A stretch of 64,000 nt of DNA from Candidatus Latescibacterota bacterium (GTDB lineage: Bacteria; Latescibacterota; UBA2968; UBA8231). The notes under the pieces are model-generated. The model did no database searches. It saw only the letters and a list, made by a program, of their open reading frames with translations, and was not told where the DNA came from. The DNA lies in assembly GCA_965242865.1 (NCBI GenBank), contig CBDETK010000013.1, positions 480,001 to 544,000 on the forward strand. The letters run 5' to 3'. Below, piece by piece: positions 27,749 to 37,133 of this stretch. The stretch's first letter is position 1. Every line of letters starts with the position of its first letter. Made by a program: the position numbers and the translations under genes.

Positions 27749-28400
27749 CTGCGCCCTCGGCGCGGTTTTGGTCGCGGCCTTGGCTTTGGGGGGGGTGGCG
27801 GCCAAGCTGCGCCGCGCCTCCACCTTTGAGGTCGAAGCGAGCGTGGAAAATTTTCGCGCCGCGCCCAACGGCACCAAGCTGGGGACGCTGCTGGCCGGCA
27901 CCCAGATCGAATCCATCGGCGAGGAGGGCCGCTGGGTGCGCTTCCGCGTCGAAGGCTGGGTGTGGGGGCCTTCGTTGGCTGGCTATGCCTCCGAAGAGGA
28001 GCGCGCTGAGCCAGAGGAAGAGCCGGTCCCGCCGCTGCAAGACGAGCGTCCCCGCATCCGGGAGTTGGTCAACGACTATGGGGTGTTCTACGGGGTGGGG
28101 CTAGACGAGGATTTGGGCCGGTTGTGGCTGCGCTTCCGCGTCCGCGATCTGGAGCGCGCAGCGTGGGAGCGGCGCGCCTTTGCCGTGCAGCGCGGCGTCG
28201 CCGACCTGTTGCAGGGCCGCGTTGAGTTCGAGGAAATCCGCATCGAGACCAACCGGCCCGACGGCAGCGGCGAGGTGGGCCGGTACGTGGCCGCGACCGC
28301 GGCAGCCGACTTGGCCCGTGCCGGGAGCGATTGGGCCGCTTGGCGCGACCGCACGCGCTTTTCAACGGACGGGGGCGAAACGTGGGAAGAGGCCGAATAA
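27732..28400 (+). CDS. Exported protein with bacterial SH3-like domain
   Basis: Signal peptide; ENFRAAPNG...GRWVRFRVEGWVW. Confidence 0.65.
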   Translation: MSRLSNCALGAVLVAALALGGVAAKLRRASTFEVEASVENFRAAPNGTKLGTLLAGTQIESIGEEGRWVRFRVEGWVWGPSLAGYASEEERAEPEEEPVPPLQDERPRIRELVNDYGVFYGVGLDEDLGRLWLRFRVRDLERAAWERRAFAVQRGVADLLQGRVEFEEIRIETNRPDGSGEVGRYVAATAAADLARAGSDWAAWRDRTRFSTDGGETWEEAE

Positions 28401-28451
28401 ATGCGCGCCTCTCGCCGCGGCCGCTCCCGGGCGGTGCGCAAGGCTAGTGCC

Positions 28452-29687
28452 ATGTTGGATCTGTACTCGGTAAAGACCCAAATCGACGGCATGGTGGCGG
28501 ACGAGCGCCGCGTCCAAGCGGACTTTCGCGCCAAGCTCGAATTGGCGTTGGCCCAATACCGGCGCTGGCGGCCCGAGTGGGAACGCTTGGCCCGCAAAAT
28601 CGACGACAGCCGCACCTCTTGGCTGTTGCCCGGGTTGAGCGAGGGCCTAGGCGGCGGCATCGACCCGCCGGCCCGCCCGCGCACCATCAGCATCGCGGCC
28701 ACGGACGGCTCGCAAATTTTCCCGGACCGCCACGAGATTTCGGCCTGCTTCCTGATCAATATCGGCTACATCTTGCTGCACTACGGCACCGGCGAGAAGC
28801 CCCTGATGAGCAGCAAGCCGCGGCTCTACTACCGAGCGGAGGAAATCTACGAGGAGTGGGGCGGAGCGCGGGTTTTTGTCAATCGCGAGCTCGTGGGCTT
28901 TAAGCGCGGCCTCATGGAGTTCACCGAGTTGGCCGAGTTGGCGTTGGCCGCCCACGCCGAGGGGCACCGGACGCTCGCGCTTTCCGACGGCACCCTGATT
29001 TTGTGGAACTTGGAGGGCAAGCCGCAGGACTTCCGCGCCGCCCACCTAGAGGCCACGTTGGCGGCCATGGACGAGTTGCGGGCGGCGCGGGTGCCGGTGG
29101 TGGGGTACATCAGCCAGCCGGGGAGCCAAGAATTGATCAACGCCCTCAAGCTGGGCCTGTGCCCGCTCGCCGCGGCCAACTGCGACCGCTGCCCCTACCA
29201 AGAAAAAAACCAACTCCACCTGAGCCGCGACGAGATCGACGCCCTGCAGGGGGATTTGTGGCAGGGCCACGGCTTGCCCTGCAGCCCCCTCGAAGGGCTG
29301 AACGACGCGGTCTTGGTGCGGCGGGTGCTCCGCGCTGGGCAGCGCACCCCGCTCTACCGCAGCGCGTCCAAAATCCTCGCCGAGTACGGGCCGCATCGCA
29401 TCTACTACTTTTACCTGCACGTCGGGGCCGAGATCGGCCGGGTCGAAGTCCCGGAATGGGTGGCGACCGACCGCACGTTGCTCGATTTGGTCCACGCCTG
29501 CTTGTGCGACCAAGCCGAAAAGGGCCAAGGCTATCCGGTCGCCTTGGCCGAGGCGCACGAGCGCGCGGTGGTGCGCAGCGCGGACCGCGAGGCGTTCTAC
29601 CGCTTTTTGCGCGACACCTTTGTCAAAAACGACCTGCAAACCCGCTTGTCAACCAAGAGCTTTAAGAAGCGCTACACCGGCATTTAG
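28452..29687 (+). CDS. nurA: NurA-family nuclease
   Basis: ATDGSQ, SDGTL, GRVEVP and GYPVALAEAHE motifs; alternative start at 28401. Confidence 0.9.
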   Translation: MLDLYSVKTQIDGMVADERRVQADFRAKLELALAQYRRWRPEWERLARKIDDSRTSWLLPGLSEGLGGGIDPPARPRTISIAATDGSQIFPDRHEISACFLINIGYILLHYGTGEKPLMSSKPRLYYRAEEIYEEWGGARVFVNRELVGFKRGLMEFTELAELALAAHAEGHRTLALSDGTLILWNLEGKPQDFRAAHLEATLAAMDELRAARVPVVGYISQPGSQELINALKLGLCPLAAANCDRCPYQEKNQLHLSRDEIDALQGDLWQGHGLPCSPLEGLNDAVLVRRVLRAGQRTPLYRSASKILAEYGPHRIYYFYLHVGAEIGRVEVPEWVATDRTLLDLVHACLCDQAEKGQGYPVALAEAHERAVVRSADREAFYRFLRDTFVKNDLQTRLSTKSFKKRYTGI

Positions 29688-29698
29688 GGGAGGTCCCT

Positions 29699-30355
29699 GT
29701 GGAAACCACTAAGGAGCGCGCGCCCGGCCCGCTGAGCCGCTTTTTGCCCGAGTCCCTGCCTCTGCCCGGCGAGGCCGGGGCCGAGCGGACCCACGTGGGC
29801 GAAGTGGTCGAGAGCAGCACCACCGAGTTGATCGCCCAAGCGTGCGAGCTGCACGGCGCGCCTTCGTTTGGGCAGTTCGTCCGCGTGGAGGCCGAGCAGC
29901 CGGTGGTCGGCATTGTGTTCAATGTCTTTACGCACTCCATCGAGCCAAACCGCCGGCCCACGGCCTACGGCAAGACCGAGGAGGAGCTGCGCCTAGAGCA
30001 GCCGCAAATTTTCGAGTTGTTGCGCACCGAGTTCCAAGCGCTCGTCATCGGCTACCTAAACGGCGATGCGTCCGTGCAGGTCTTGCCGCCGCAGCCGGCG
30101 CGCATCCACAGCTTTGTGTCCTTGTGTTCCGACGAGCAAGTGCGGTCCTTCACCCGCACCGACGACTATCTACGCAGCATCCTCAACACGTCCAAAATCC
30201 CCACTGACGAGCTGGTAATCGCCGTGTTGCGCCACACCGTGCGCGCCCACGCCCACGCGCCGTCCTATCTGGTGCAGGTGGGCAAGGAGCTGTCGCGCCT
30301 GCTCAGCGACGACTACGATCGGCTCAGCTCGATTATCCGACGAGTAGTCAACTGA
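29699..30355 (+). CDS. HAS-barrel domain protein
   Basis: GEVVESST..PSFGQFV..PQIFELLRTEF..LPPQP; lies between nurA and herA. Confidence 0.75.
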   Translation: METTKERAPGPLSRFLPESLPLPGEAGAERTHVGEVVESSTTELIAQACELHGAPSFGQFVRVEAEQPVVGIVFNVFTHSIEPNRRPTAYGKTEEELRLEQPQIFELLRTEFQALVIGYLNGDASVQVLPPQPARIHSFVSLCSDEQVRSFTRTDDYLRSILNTSKIPTDELVIAVLRHTVRAHAHAPSYLVQVGKELSRLLSDDYDRLSSIIRRVVN

Positions 30356-30357
30356 CC

Positions 30358-32019
30358 ATGGCAAACTACGCGGCCGGTCGCGGCCAGCAGATCGGGGTGA
30401 TCACCAAAGGCTCGCTGGTCGAGGGGCTGGAGATGAAGCTCGACCCCGAGCAAAACGTCGAGGACATGAAGGCCGGCAAATTCGTGGTCATCGAGGGCGA
30501 CAAAAACGACTTCTTCTCCATGGTCACCGACATGCGCCTCGACGCCAACAACCCAGAAATCCTCCTGCATCCCCCGAGCCAAGAAGACGCGCTCCTGCGC
30601 CAAGTGCTCGCCGGCACCAGCACGTACAACATCGTCTCGCTGCGGCCCATGCTGATGATGCCCCAAGACGCAACGGCCGAAGAAGGCCCGCGCCCGGTCA
30701 AGGCCATTCCGAGCCACTTCTCCGAGGTGCAAGAGGCCATGGCCGACGACGTGGCCAAGATCTTTGGCAGCGAGGGCGACGCCGAGGGCCGCTACTTCAG
30801 CATTGGCCACCCGCTCGACATGGACACGCAGGTCTGCCTCGACATGATCCGCTTTGCCGAGCGTTCCAACGGCATCTTCGGCAAGACCGGCACGGGCAAG
30901 TCCTTCCTGACGCGGCTGGCGTTGTGCGGGCTGATTCACTACGACAAGGCCGTCAACCTAATTTTCGACATGCACAACGAGTACGGGTTCAAGGCCATGA
31001 AGGAAAACGGCTCGACCACGACCTTCGTCAAGGGCCTCAAGCAGCTCTTCGGGGAGCGGGTGGCGATTTTTTCCCTGGACCCGCAATCGACCCGCGCCCG
31101 CGGCGTCCAGCCCGACCACGAGGTCTATATCTCCTACGACCAGATCACGGTTGAAGACATTGCCCCGCTGCAAGACGAACTCAAGCTCAACCCCACGGCC
31201 GTGGAGTCGGCTTACTTGGTATACGCGATTTACAAGGAGCGTTGGCTGAGCACGCTCTTAAAGTTGGAAGGCCCGGACGTGGAAGAGTTTGCCCGCGAGA
31301 TCGGCGCCCACGCCGGGTCGTTGGTGGCGCTGCATCGCAAGCTCAAGCGGCTGGAAAACTTTCCCTTTATGGTCTCCAAGCTAACGGACGGCGACGTGGT
31401 GGACCGCATCATGGAATACCTCGACAAGGGCATCAACGTGGTGCTGGAGTTCGGGCAGCAGACGAGTATGCTGTGCTATTTGCTGGTGGCCAACATCATT
31501 GCGCGGCGCATCCACGAGATGTACGTCAAAAAAAGCGAGCGGTTCTACGCCACCCAGCGGCCCGAAGACCAGCCGCGGCAGCTGATGATCACCATTGAGG
31601 AGGCGCACAAATTCCTCAACCCCCTGGCGGCCAAGCAGACCATCTTCGGCACCATTGCCCGCGAGATGCGCAAGTACTATGTCTCGCTGCTAGTCGTCGA
31701 CCAGCGGCCGTCGAGCATTGACGACGAGGTACTCTCCCAGATCGGCACGCGCATCACCGCCCTGCTCAACGACGAAAAGGACATTCAGGCCGTGCTCACC
31801 GGCGTCAGCGGCACCGAAGGGCTACGCAGCGTGTTGGCCAGCCTCGACTCCAAGCAGCAGGCCCTGATCATCGGCCACGCCGTGCCGATGCCGGTGGTGA
31901 TCAAGACCCGCGACTACGACGCCCAGTTCTACAGCGCGATGGGCTGCTTGGACGATTTGCCGGTTGAGGAGCGGCGGCAAAAGGTGGAGCGGGACGTGGC
32001 GGTGTTGTTTGGGGAGTAG
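30358..32019 (+). CDS. herA: HerA/DUF87 ATPase with N-terminal HAS barrel
   Basis: GKTGTGKS, FDMHNEYG, IEEAHKF, REMRK, DQRPS. Confidence 0.9.
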   Translation: MANYAAGRGQQIGVITKGSLVEGLEMKLDPEQNVEDMKAGKFVVIEGDKNDFFSMVTDMRLDANNPEILLHPPSQEDALLRQVLAGTSTYNIVSLRPMLMMPQDATAEEGPRPVKAIPSHFSEVQEAMADDVAKIFGSEGDAEGRYFSIGHPLDMDTQVCLDMIRFAERSNGIFGKTGTGKSFLTRLALCGLIHYDKAVNLIFDMHNEYGFKAMKENGSTTTFVKGLKQLFGERVAIFSLDPQSTRARGVQPDHEVYISYDQITVEDIAPLQDELKLNPTAVESAYLVYAIYKERWLSTLLKLEGPDVEEFAREIGAHAGSLVALHRKLKRLENFPFMVSKLTDGDVVDRIMEYLDKGINVVLEFGQQTSMLCYLLVANIIARRIHEMYVKKSERFYATQRPEDQPRQLMITIEEAHKFLNPLAAKQTIFGTIAREMRKYYVSLLVVDQRPSSIDDEVLSQIGTRITALLNDEKDIQAVLTGVSGTEGLRSVLASLDSKQQALIIGHAVPMPVVIKTRDYDAQFYSAMGCLDDLPVEERRQKVERDVAVLFGE

Positions 32020-32024
32020 GGGCG
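31841..32024 (+). repeat. 184-bp direct repeat, copy 1 (herA 3' end)
   Basis: Six mismatches against 36846-37029 by manual alignment. Confidence 0.95.
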
Positions 32025-32066
32025 GAAGGTGAAGTTCTAACTAGGCAGTGTTCAAAAAGGGGTCGT

Positions 32067-34001
32067 ATGGCTGAATCCAAAGAATCCGTGGCGGAAACCT
32101 CCCAGAATATCGTGGAAGAGCGCATTGAGCAGCTCAAAGCCTTGTTCCCGGAGGCTGTTAGCGAGGGCAAGGTGGATTTTGCAAAACTTCGCCAGTCCTT
32201 GGGCGCGATGGTAGATGAGCGGCCCGAGCGATACGCATTCACTTGGGCCGGTAAGAAAGACGCGATCCGGCTTTTGCAGACCCCGAGCCGTGCGACGTTG
32301 ACTCCTGCGATAGAGGAATCCGTCGACTTCGACGCGACTCGGCACCTCTTTCTCGAAGGCGACAATCTCGAAGTCCTCAAGCTCTTGTACAAGTCCTATG
32401 CCCGTCGCGTGAAGGTGATTTACATCGACCCGCCGTACAACACGGGCAAGGACTTCGTGTATCCCGACAACTTCGCCGATCCGCTGGATACCTATCTCAA
32501 GCTCACGGGCCAGAAGGACAATGACGGCAACCACCTTTCCAGTAATCCAGAGACGAATGGCCGCTATCATTCGGCTTGGCTTAGTATGATGTATTCCCGC
32601 CTCTTCGTCGCCCGCCAATTTTTACGAGAAGACGGTGTTATTTTTGTGAGTATTGATGATAAAGAGATTTACAACCTGAGAATAGTGATGAATGAGATAT
32701 TTGGCGAAGAAAATTTCGTATCGGAACTGGTGTGGAATCTCGGCACCGGGACTGAAGCCGGTCATTTTACCCGGTCGCATGAATACATACTTGTATATGC
32801 AAGAAGTAAGCCTACTGTGCCTTACTTTCCGACGAGTGACCGCACACCTATTAAACATGGTGCGCTTAAAAAAATCTCTCAGGCAAATCCGGCAAGCGAG
32901 ATCAATTTTCCAGCAGGAATAGGTTTTGAAGGTAAAGATGCTGTATTTTCGGGAGAGCTCGGAGGATCTGAAAAACAGATAATTGTAAGTGACGAGATGA
33001 TCTTTGAAAACGGGAAGCTCAAGGTCCCTGTGACCTTGAAAGCTGGTTGGGCCATGAAGAACCAAATACTGTCATGGCTCGCCGGTGAGGAGACTTTTGA
33101 CAGCAAAGGGCAGCGAGTCAAACAATTTTACTTCAATTCTCAGGGCATTCTCTGGTACGAAAAAGAAAGAGGGACCAGACACCCCAAAACGGCTATAAAC
33201 AACATTGCCAAAACAAAGGACGGGACGAATGAAATGAAATCACTCTTTGGACAGAGTTTGGTCGATTATCCCAAGCCTGTTGAGTTAATTAAGTTTTTGA
33301 TTAGCCTAAACACCCAGAGCAATGACCTCGTCCTCGACTTCTTCGCCGGTTCGAGCACGACTGCTCAATCCGTGCTCGAACTCAACCGCGAAGATGGCGG
33401 CAACCGACGTTTCATCATGGTGCAACTGCCCGAGGCTACGGACGAAAAAAAACCTGCCAAACAAGCCGGCTTTGACACCATTGCCGACATCGGCAAAGAG
33501 CGCATTCGCCGCGTCCTCGACAAGATGAAGAATGAGGAGCAAAATGGCAAACTCCCGCTCAAAGAGCGCACAGCCCCGGAAGATCTCGGCTTCAAGGTCT
33601 TTAAGCTGGCCGAGAGCCACTACCGTCAATGGGCCGGGGTAGAAGAAAAAGACTCCGAAAAGTATATCGAGACGTTGAAATTATTCGAGGAGCCATTCCT
33701 CCCGGACTGGAAGCCCGCAAACGTTATCTACGAGGTGGCCCTCAAGGAGGGCTATAGCCTCAACGCTACTATCGAAGAAATCAAACGGGTCGAGACGAAC
33801 ACTGTCCACCGCGTTGTGGATGCCGAAGAAGACCAGTTCTTCTTCATCTGCCTAGATCCCCAATTCGATCTCCAAACCGTCGAGTCGTTGGAACGGGAAC
33901 TGGGCTTGGGTCGAGACGACTTGCTCATTGTCCGCGACATATCCCTCACCGATTCGCTGGCTAACAATATCGTGCAGTACTGTCGGCTTAAGACGATATA
34001 G
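32067..34001 (+). CDS. mod: Type III R-M methyltransferase subunit
   Basis: EGDNLEVLK, YIDPPYNTG, HSAWLSMMY, DFFAGSSTT; AT-rich central target-recognition region. Confidence 0.93.
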   Translation: MAESKESVAETSQNIVEERIEQLKALFPEAVSEGKVDFAKLRQSLGAMVDERPERYAFTWAGKKDAIRLLQTPSRATLTPAIEESVDFDATRHLFLEGDNLEVLKLLYKSYARRVKVIYIDPPYNTGKDFVYPDNFADPLDTYLKLTGQKDNDGNHLSSNPETNGRYHSAWLSMMYSRLFVARQFLREDGVIFVSIDDKEIYNLRIVMNEIFGEENFVSELVWNLGTGTEAGHFTRSHEYILVYARSKPTVPYFPTSDRTPIKHGALKKISQANPASEINFPAGIGFEGKDAVFSGELGGSEKQIIVSDEMIFENGKLKVPVTLKAGWAMKNQILSWLAGEETFDSKGQRVKQFYFNSQGILWYEKERGTRHPKTAINNIAKTKDGTNEMKSLFGQSLVDYPKPVELIKFLISLNTQSNDLVLDFFAGSSTTAQSVLELNREDGGNRRFIMVQLPEATDEKKPAKQAGFDTIADIGKERIRRVLDKMKNEEQNGKLPLKERTAPEDLGFKVFKLAESHYRQWAGVEEKDSEKYIETLKLFEEPFLPDWKPANVIYEVALKEGYSLNATIEEIKRVETNTVHRVVDAEEDQFFFICLDPQFDLQTVESLERELGLGRDDLLIVRDISLTDSLANNIVQYCRLKTI

Positions 34002-34010
34002 GCCCTCATT

Positions 34011-36821
34011 ATGAAATTCAAATTCGATCCCAATCAAGCATACCAAGTCCAGGCGGTTGAGGCCGCCGTGGATCTTCTGCAAGGCCAACCCCGCTTTGAA
34101 GCCTCAGTGGAGTTCCAATTCGGCATCCTCTCGGCTGTGACCAATCATCTCGATTTAACCGGAGTAGATCTGCTCAAAAACCTCCAGCGAGTCCAATCCC
34201 GCAATCACATTACCCCGGACCAGACACTCAAGTACATCGAGGCGGAAATCGAGACCTCAAAAGGTAGCCGCACCGTGCGATTCCCCAATTTCTCCATTGA
34301 GATGGAGACTGGCACCGGCAAGACTTATGTATATCTGCGGACCATTTTGGAACTCCACAAACGCTATGGCCTACGCAAGTTCATTGTGGTGGTGCCGTCT
34401 GTGGCGGTGCGCGAAGGGGTACTCAAAACCCTAACCGTTACTCAGAACCACTTTGCCCGCTATTATAGCAACCCGGTCTTGCACTACTATCAGTACGATT
34501 CCGCGAATCTGTCCCAAGTGCGTCAGTTTGCCCTGTCGGATGCCATTGAAGTCATGGTTATGACTATTGACTCTTTTAACAGAGCGGCCAATGTCATCCG
34601 CCAGAGCATGGATAGGCTCCAAGGCGAGACCCCGCTCCACCTCGTCCAAGCCGCCCGCCCAATCCTTATTCTCGACGAGCCCCAGAACATGGAGAGCGCA
34701 AAGAGTATTGCGGCCCTCGCTTCGCTCGATCCCTTGTTCGCCCTGCGCTACAGTGCCACCCACCGAAATCCCTACAACCTCATCAGTCGGCTCACCCCGT
34801 ACGAAGCCTATCGCCAAGGCTTGGTTAAGCGCATTGAGATAGATGCTGTGGTCGCTGACGACGCCAACCAAGTCTTCATTCGGGTAGAGGATATCCAGAC
34901 TCGAAAACGGACTCTTACTGCGCGTCTAGCGGTACATCGGCTCATGCAAAGCGGGAAGGTCAAAGAAGTGGTGGTCACGGTCAAGCCCGGCGACTCGCTA
35001 AAACAGAAAACTAGCCGACCCGAATACCAAGGCTTTGAAATCGACGAAATCAACTTGGGTTTTGTCCGCTTTGCCAACAATGTCGAATTGCAATTGGGCG
35101 AAGAGCAGGGCTCGGACAAAGAAGCCATCTTCAAAGCGCAAATTCACCATACCATTAAGGAACACTTGAGAAAACAAGCTCGCCTCAGAGCACGGGGCAT
35201 CAAGGTGCTCTCGCTCTTCTTTATTGATCGGGTCGGCAACTACGTTGAGGAGGACGGCCTCATTCGCCAGATCTTCAATCAGTCTTTCACGGAACTCAAA
35301 GTGCATTATCCCGATTGGCAGAATGTAGAGCCGGAGGATGTGCAGGCAGGGTATTTTGCCCAGAAGCGGCGCAGAAGCGGGGCTGTTGAGATGCTGGACT
35401 CGTGGTCGGGCGAAACGAGGGAGGATGAGGCCGCCTACGATCTGATTATGAAGGACAAGGAATCCCTGCTTTCATTTCCAGCGGCGGGAGACGATGAGGA
35501 AACCAAACGCAAAAAGCAGGTGAGTTTCATTTTTTCCCACTCGGCCTTGCGCGAGGGTTGGGACAATCCCAATGTCTTCCAAATTTGCACCCTCAATCAG
35601 TCCGTCTCACCGGTCAAAAAGCGTCAGGAGGTTGGCCGAGGGGTACGCCTAGCCGTAAATCAGACCGGCGAGCGAATCCACGACGAGCAGATTAATATCC
35701 TCACTGTGATAGCCAATGAGAGCTACCTCCAGTACGCGGAAACCCTCCAGAGCGAGATTGCCTTTGAGTATCAAGAGGAGATCGAGGCTCGCTTTGGCAA
35801 GACCCTGATGAATTTGAGCGCGGAGGAACGGCGCAAGGTCGAAGAGGAATACGGCCAAGAGATTCTGCCGCCTCTGCCTCGGCAGGCCGGTGCCTCTAAA
35901 GCCAAGCTGCAAAAGGCACGGGTATTGAACCCCGAATTTGAGAAACTGTGGGAGCGGATCAAGCACAAAACCCGTTACGCTATTGCCATAGATACCGAAC
36001 AGCTTTTAGACGAGGTAGCGGCCGAGATCAATACAGTCGGCATCTCGGCTCCGCGTGTAACCATCACCAAGGGATCTGTTCATGTAGATGATCGAGCCAG
36101 CGTGTTTGAGGCCCTTCAGACGAGCGCAGTCAAGACCGTGGCCTATTTAGAGGGCCGTTTTCCTCTGCCCAATCTCATAGACGTCATGGTGAACCTGCTG
36201 GAGCATACCTCGCCACCCATCCGGCTCACGCGCCGCACCTTGCTCGAACTCATCCGTCGCGTTGAGGACCGACAGGCAGCCACAGAAAACCCGCACGAAT
36301 TTGCTACTGTGGCCGTTGCTACTTTGAAAAAGAAGCTAGCCGACCTCCTAGTTCACGGCATTCGCTATGAGAAGATCAACGAATGGTACGAGATGTCTCA
36401 GATATTAGACGAAGAAGAAATCGAACTTTTCAGCAAGCACACCCAAACTAGCCAAAAAGCACCTTACGACGTCATTCCCTGTGATTCAGAGGTCGAATCC
36501 AAGTTCGTCAAGGATCTGGATGGCAGGGGCGATGTGAAGCTCTACGTCAAGCTGCCGGCGTGGTTCACGGTGCCTACTCCAATAGGCGATTACAACCCGG
36601 ACTGGGCTGTGGCTATTGAAGACGAAAATGGCAAGGATACTCTGTGCATGGTCGCTGAAACCAAGTCTACTACTAACCTCGACGATCTCCGGCCAGATGA
36701 GCGTCGCAAAATCTACTGTGGTGCCGCTCATTTCGGCTCTACCCAGCCCTCAATCGCCCGCGACGGTGCCTTGGAGGGCGTCAACTACAAAGTCGTAACT
36801 TCTGCCGACGAACTGCCATGA
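34011..36821 (+). CDS. res: Type III R-M restriction subunit (helicase + PD-(D/E)xK nuclease)
   Basis: METGTGKT, DEPQ, YSAT, EGWDNPNV, QEVGRGVR, YNPDW...ETK. Confidence 0.93.
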   Translation: MKFKFDPNQAYQVQAVEAAVDLLQGQPRFEASVEFQFGILSAVTNHLDLTGVDLLKNLQRVQSRNHITPDQTLKYIEAEIETSKGSRTVRFPNFSIEMETGTGKTYVYLRTILELHKRYGLRKFIVVVPSVAVREGVLKTLTVTQNHFARYYSNPVLHYYQYDSANLSQVRQFALSDAIEVMVMTIDSFNRAANVIRQSMDRLQGETPLHLVQAARPILILDEPQNMESAKSIAALASLDPLFALRYSATHRNPYNLISRLTPYEAYRQGLVKRIEIDAVVADDANQVFIRVEDIQTRKRTLTARLAVHRLMQSGKVKEVVVTVKPGDSLKQKTSRPEYQGFEIDEINLGFVRFANNVELQLGEEQGSDKEAIFKAQIHHTIKEHLRKQARLRARGIKVLSLFFIDRVGNYVEEDGLIRQIFNQSFTELKVHYPDWQNVEPEDVQAGYFAQKRRRSGAVEMLDSWSGETREDEAAYDLIMKDKESLLSFPAAGDDEETKRKKQVSFIFSHSALREGWDNPNVFQICTLNQSVSPVKKRQEVGRGVRLAVNQTGERIHDEQINILTVIANESYLQYAETLQSEIAFEYQEEIEARFGKTLMNLSAEERRKVEEEYGQEILPPLPRQAGASKAKLQKARVLNPEFEKLWERIKHKTRYAIAIDTEQLLDEVAAEINTVGISAPRVTITKGSVHVDDRASVFEALQTSAVKTVAYLEGRFPLPNLIDVMVNLLEHTSPPIRLTRRTLLELIRRVEDRQAATENPHEFATVAVATLKKKLADLLVHGIRYEKINEWYEMSQILDEEEIELFSKHTQTSQKAPYDVIPCDSEVESKFVKDLDGRGDVKLYVKLPAWFTVPTPIGDYNPDWAVAIEDENGKDTLCMVAETKSTTNLDDLRPDERRKIYCGAAHFGSTQPSIARDGALEGVNYKVVTSADELP

Positions 36822-36845
36822 ATCTGATTGAGCTTACTAATAGTG

Positions 36846-37029
36846 GCCTCGACTCCAAGCAGCAGGCCCTGATCCTCGGCCACGCCGTGCCCATGCCAGT
36901 AGTGATCAAGACCCGCGACTACGACGCCCAGTTCTACAGCGCGATGGGCTGCTTGGACGATCTGCCGGTTGAGGAGCGGCGGCAAAAGGTGGAGCGGGAC
37001 GTGGCGGCGTTGTTTGGGGAGTAGGGGCG
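36846..37029 (+). repeat. 184-bp direct repeat, copy 2 (orphan herA 3' end)
   Basis: Encodes LDSKQQAL...ALFGE-stop, as in herA. Confidence 0.95.
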
Positions 37030-37133
37030 CGGTGCGATGCGTACAGGATCGGACGCTGTAATGACGCTCGGCTTGTTTCCGCCCAGCGGCGAGACGCCCA
37101 AGCCCTGACCCACACCTTTCGACGAAGGTTCTC

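Noticed and set aside
28452-32019. herA as part of a named HerA anti-phage system (Sir2-HerA, DUF4297-HerA)
   Set aside because: Partners are NurA and a HAS-barrel protein with host-like composition, matching the DNA-repair type operon.
33445-33452. A8 tract in mod as a phase-variation switch
   Set aside because: Short, in frame and encodes ordinary Glu-Lys-Lys; no evidence of slippage.
36818-37024. 68-aa ORF as an independent gene
   Set aside because: It is a short stub fused to the duplicated herA tail; treated as a repeat.
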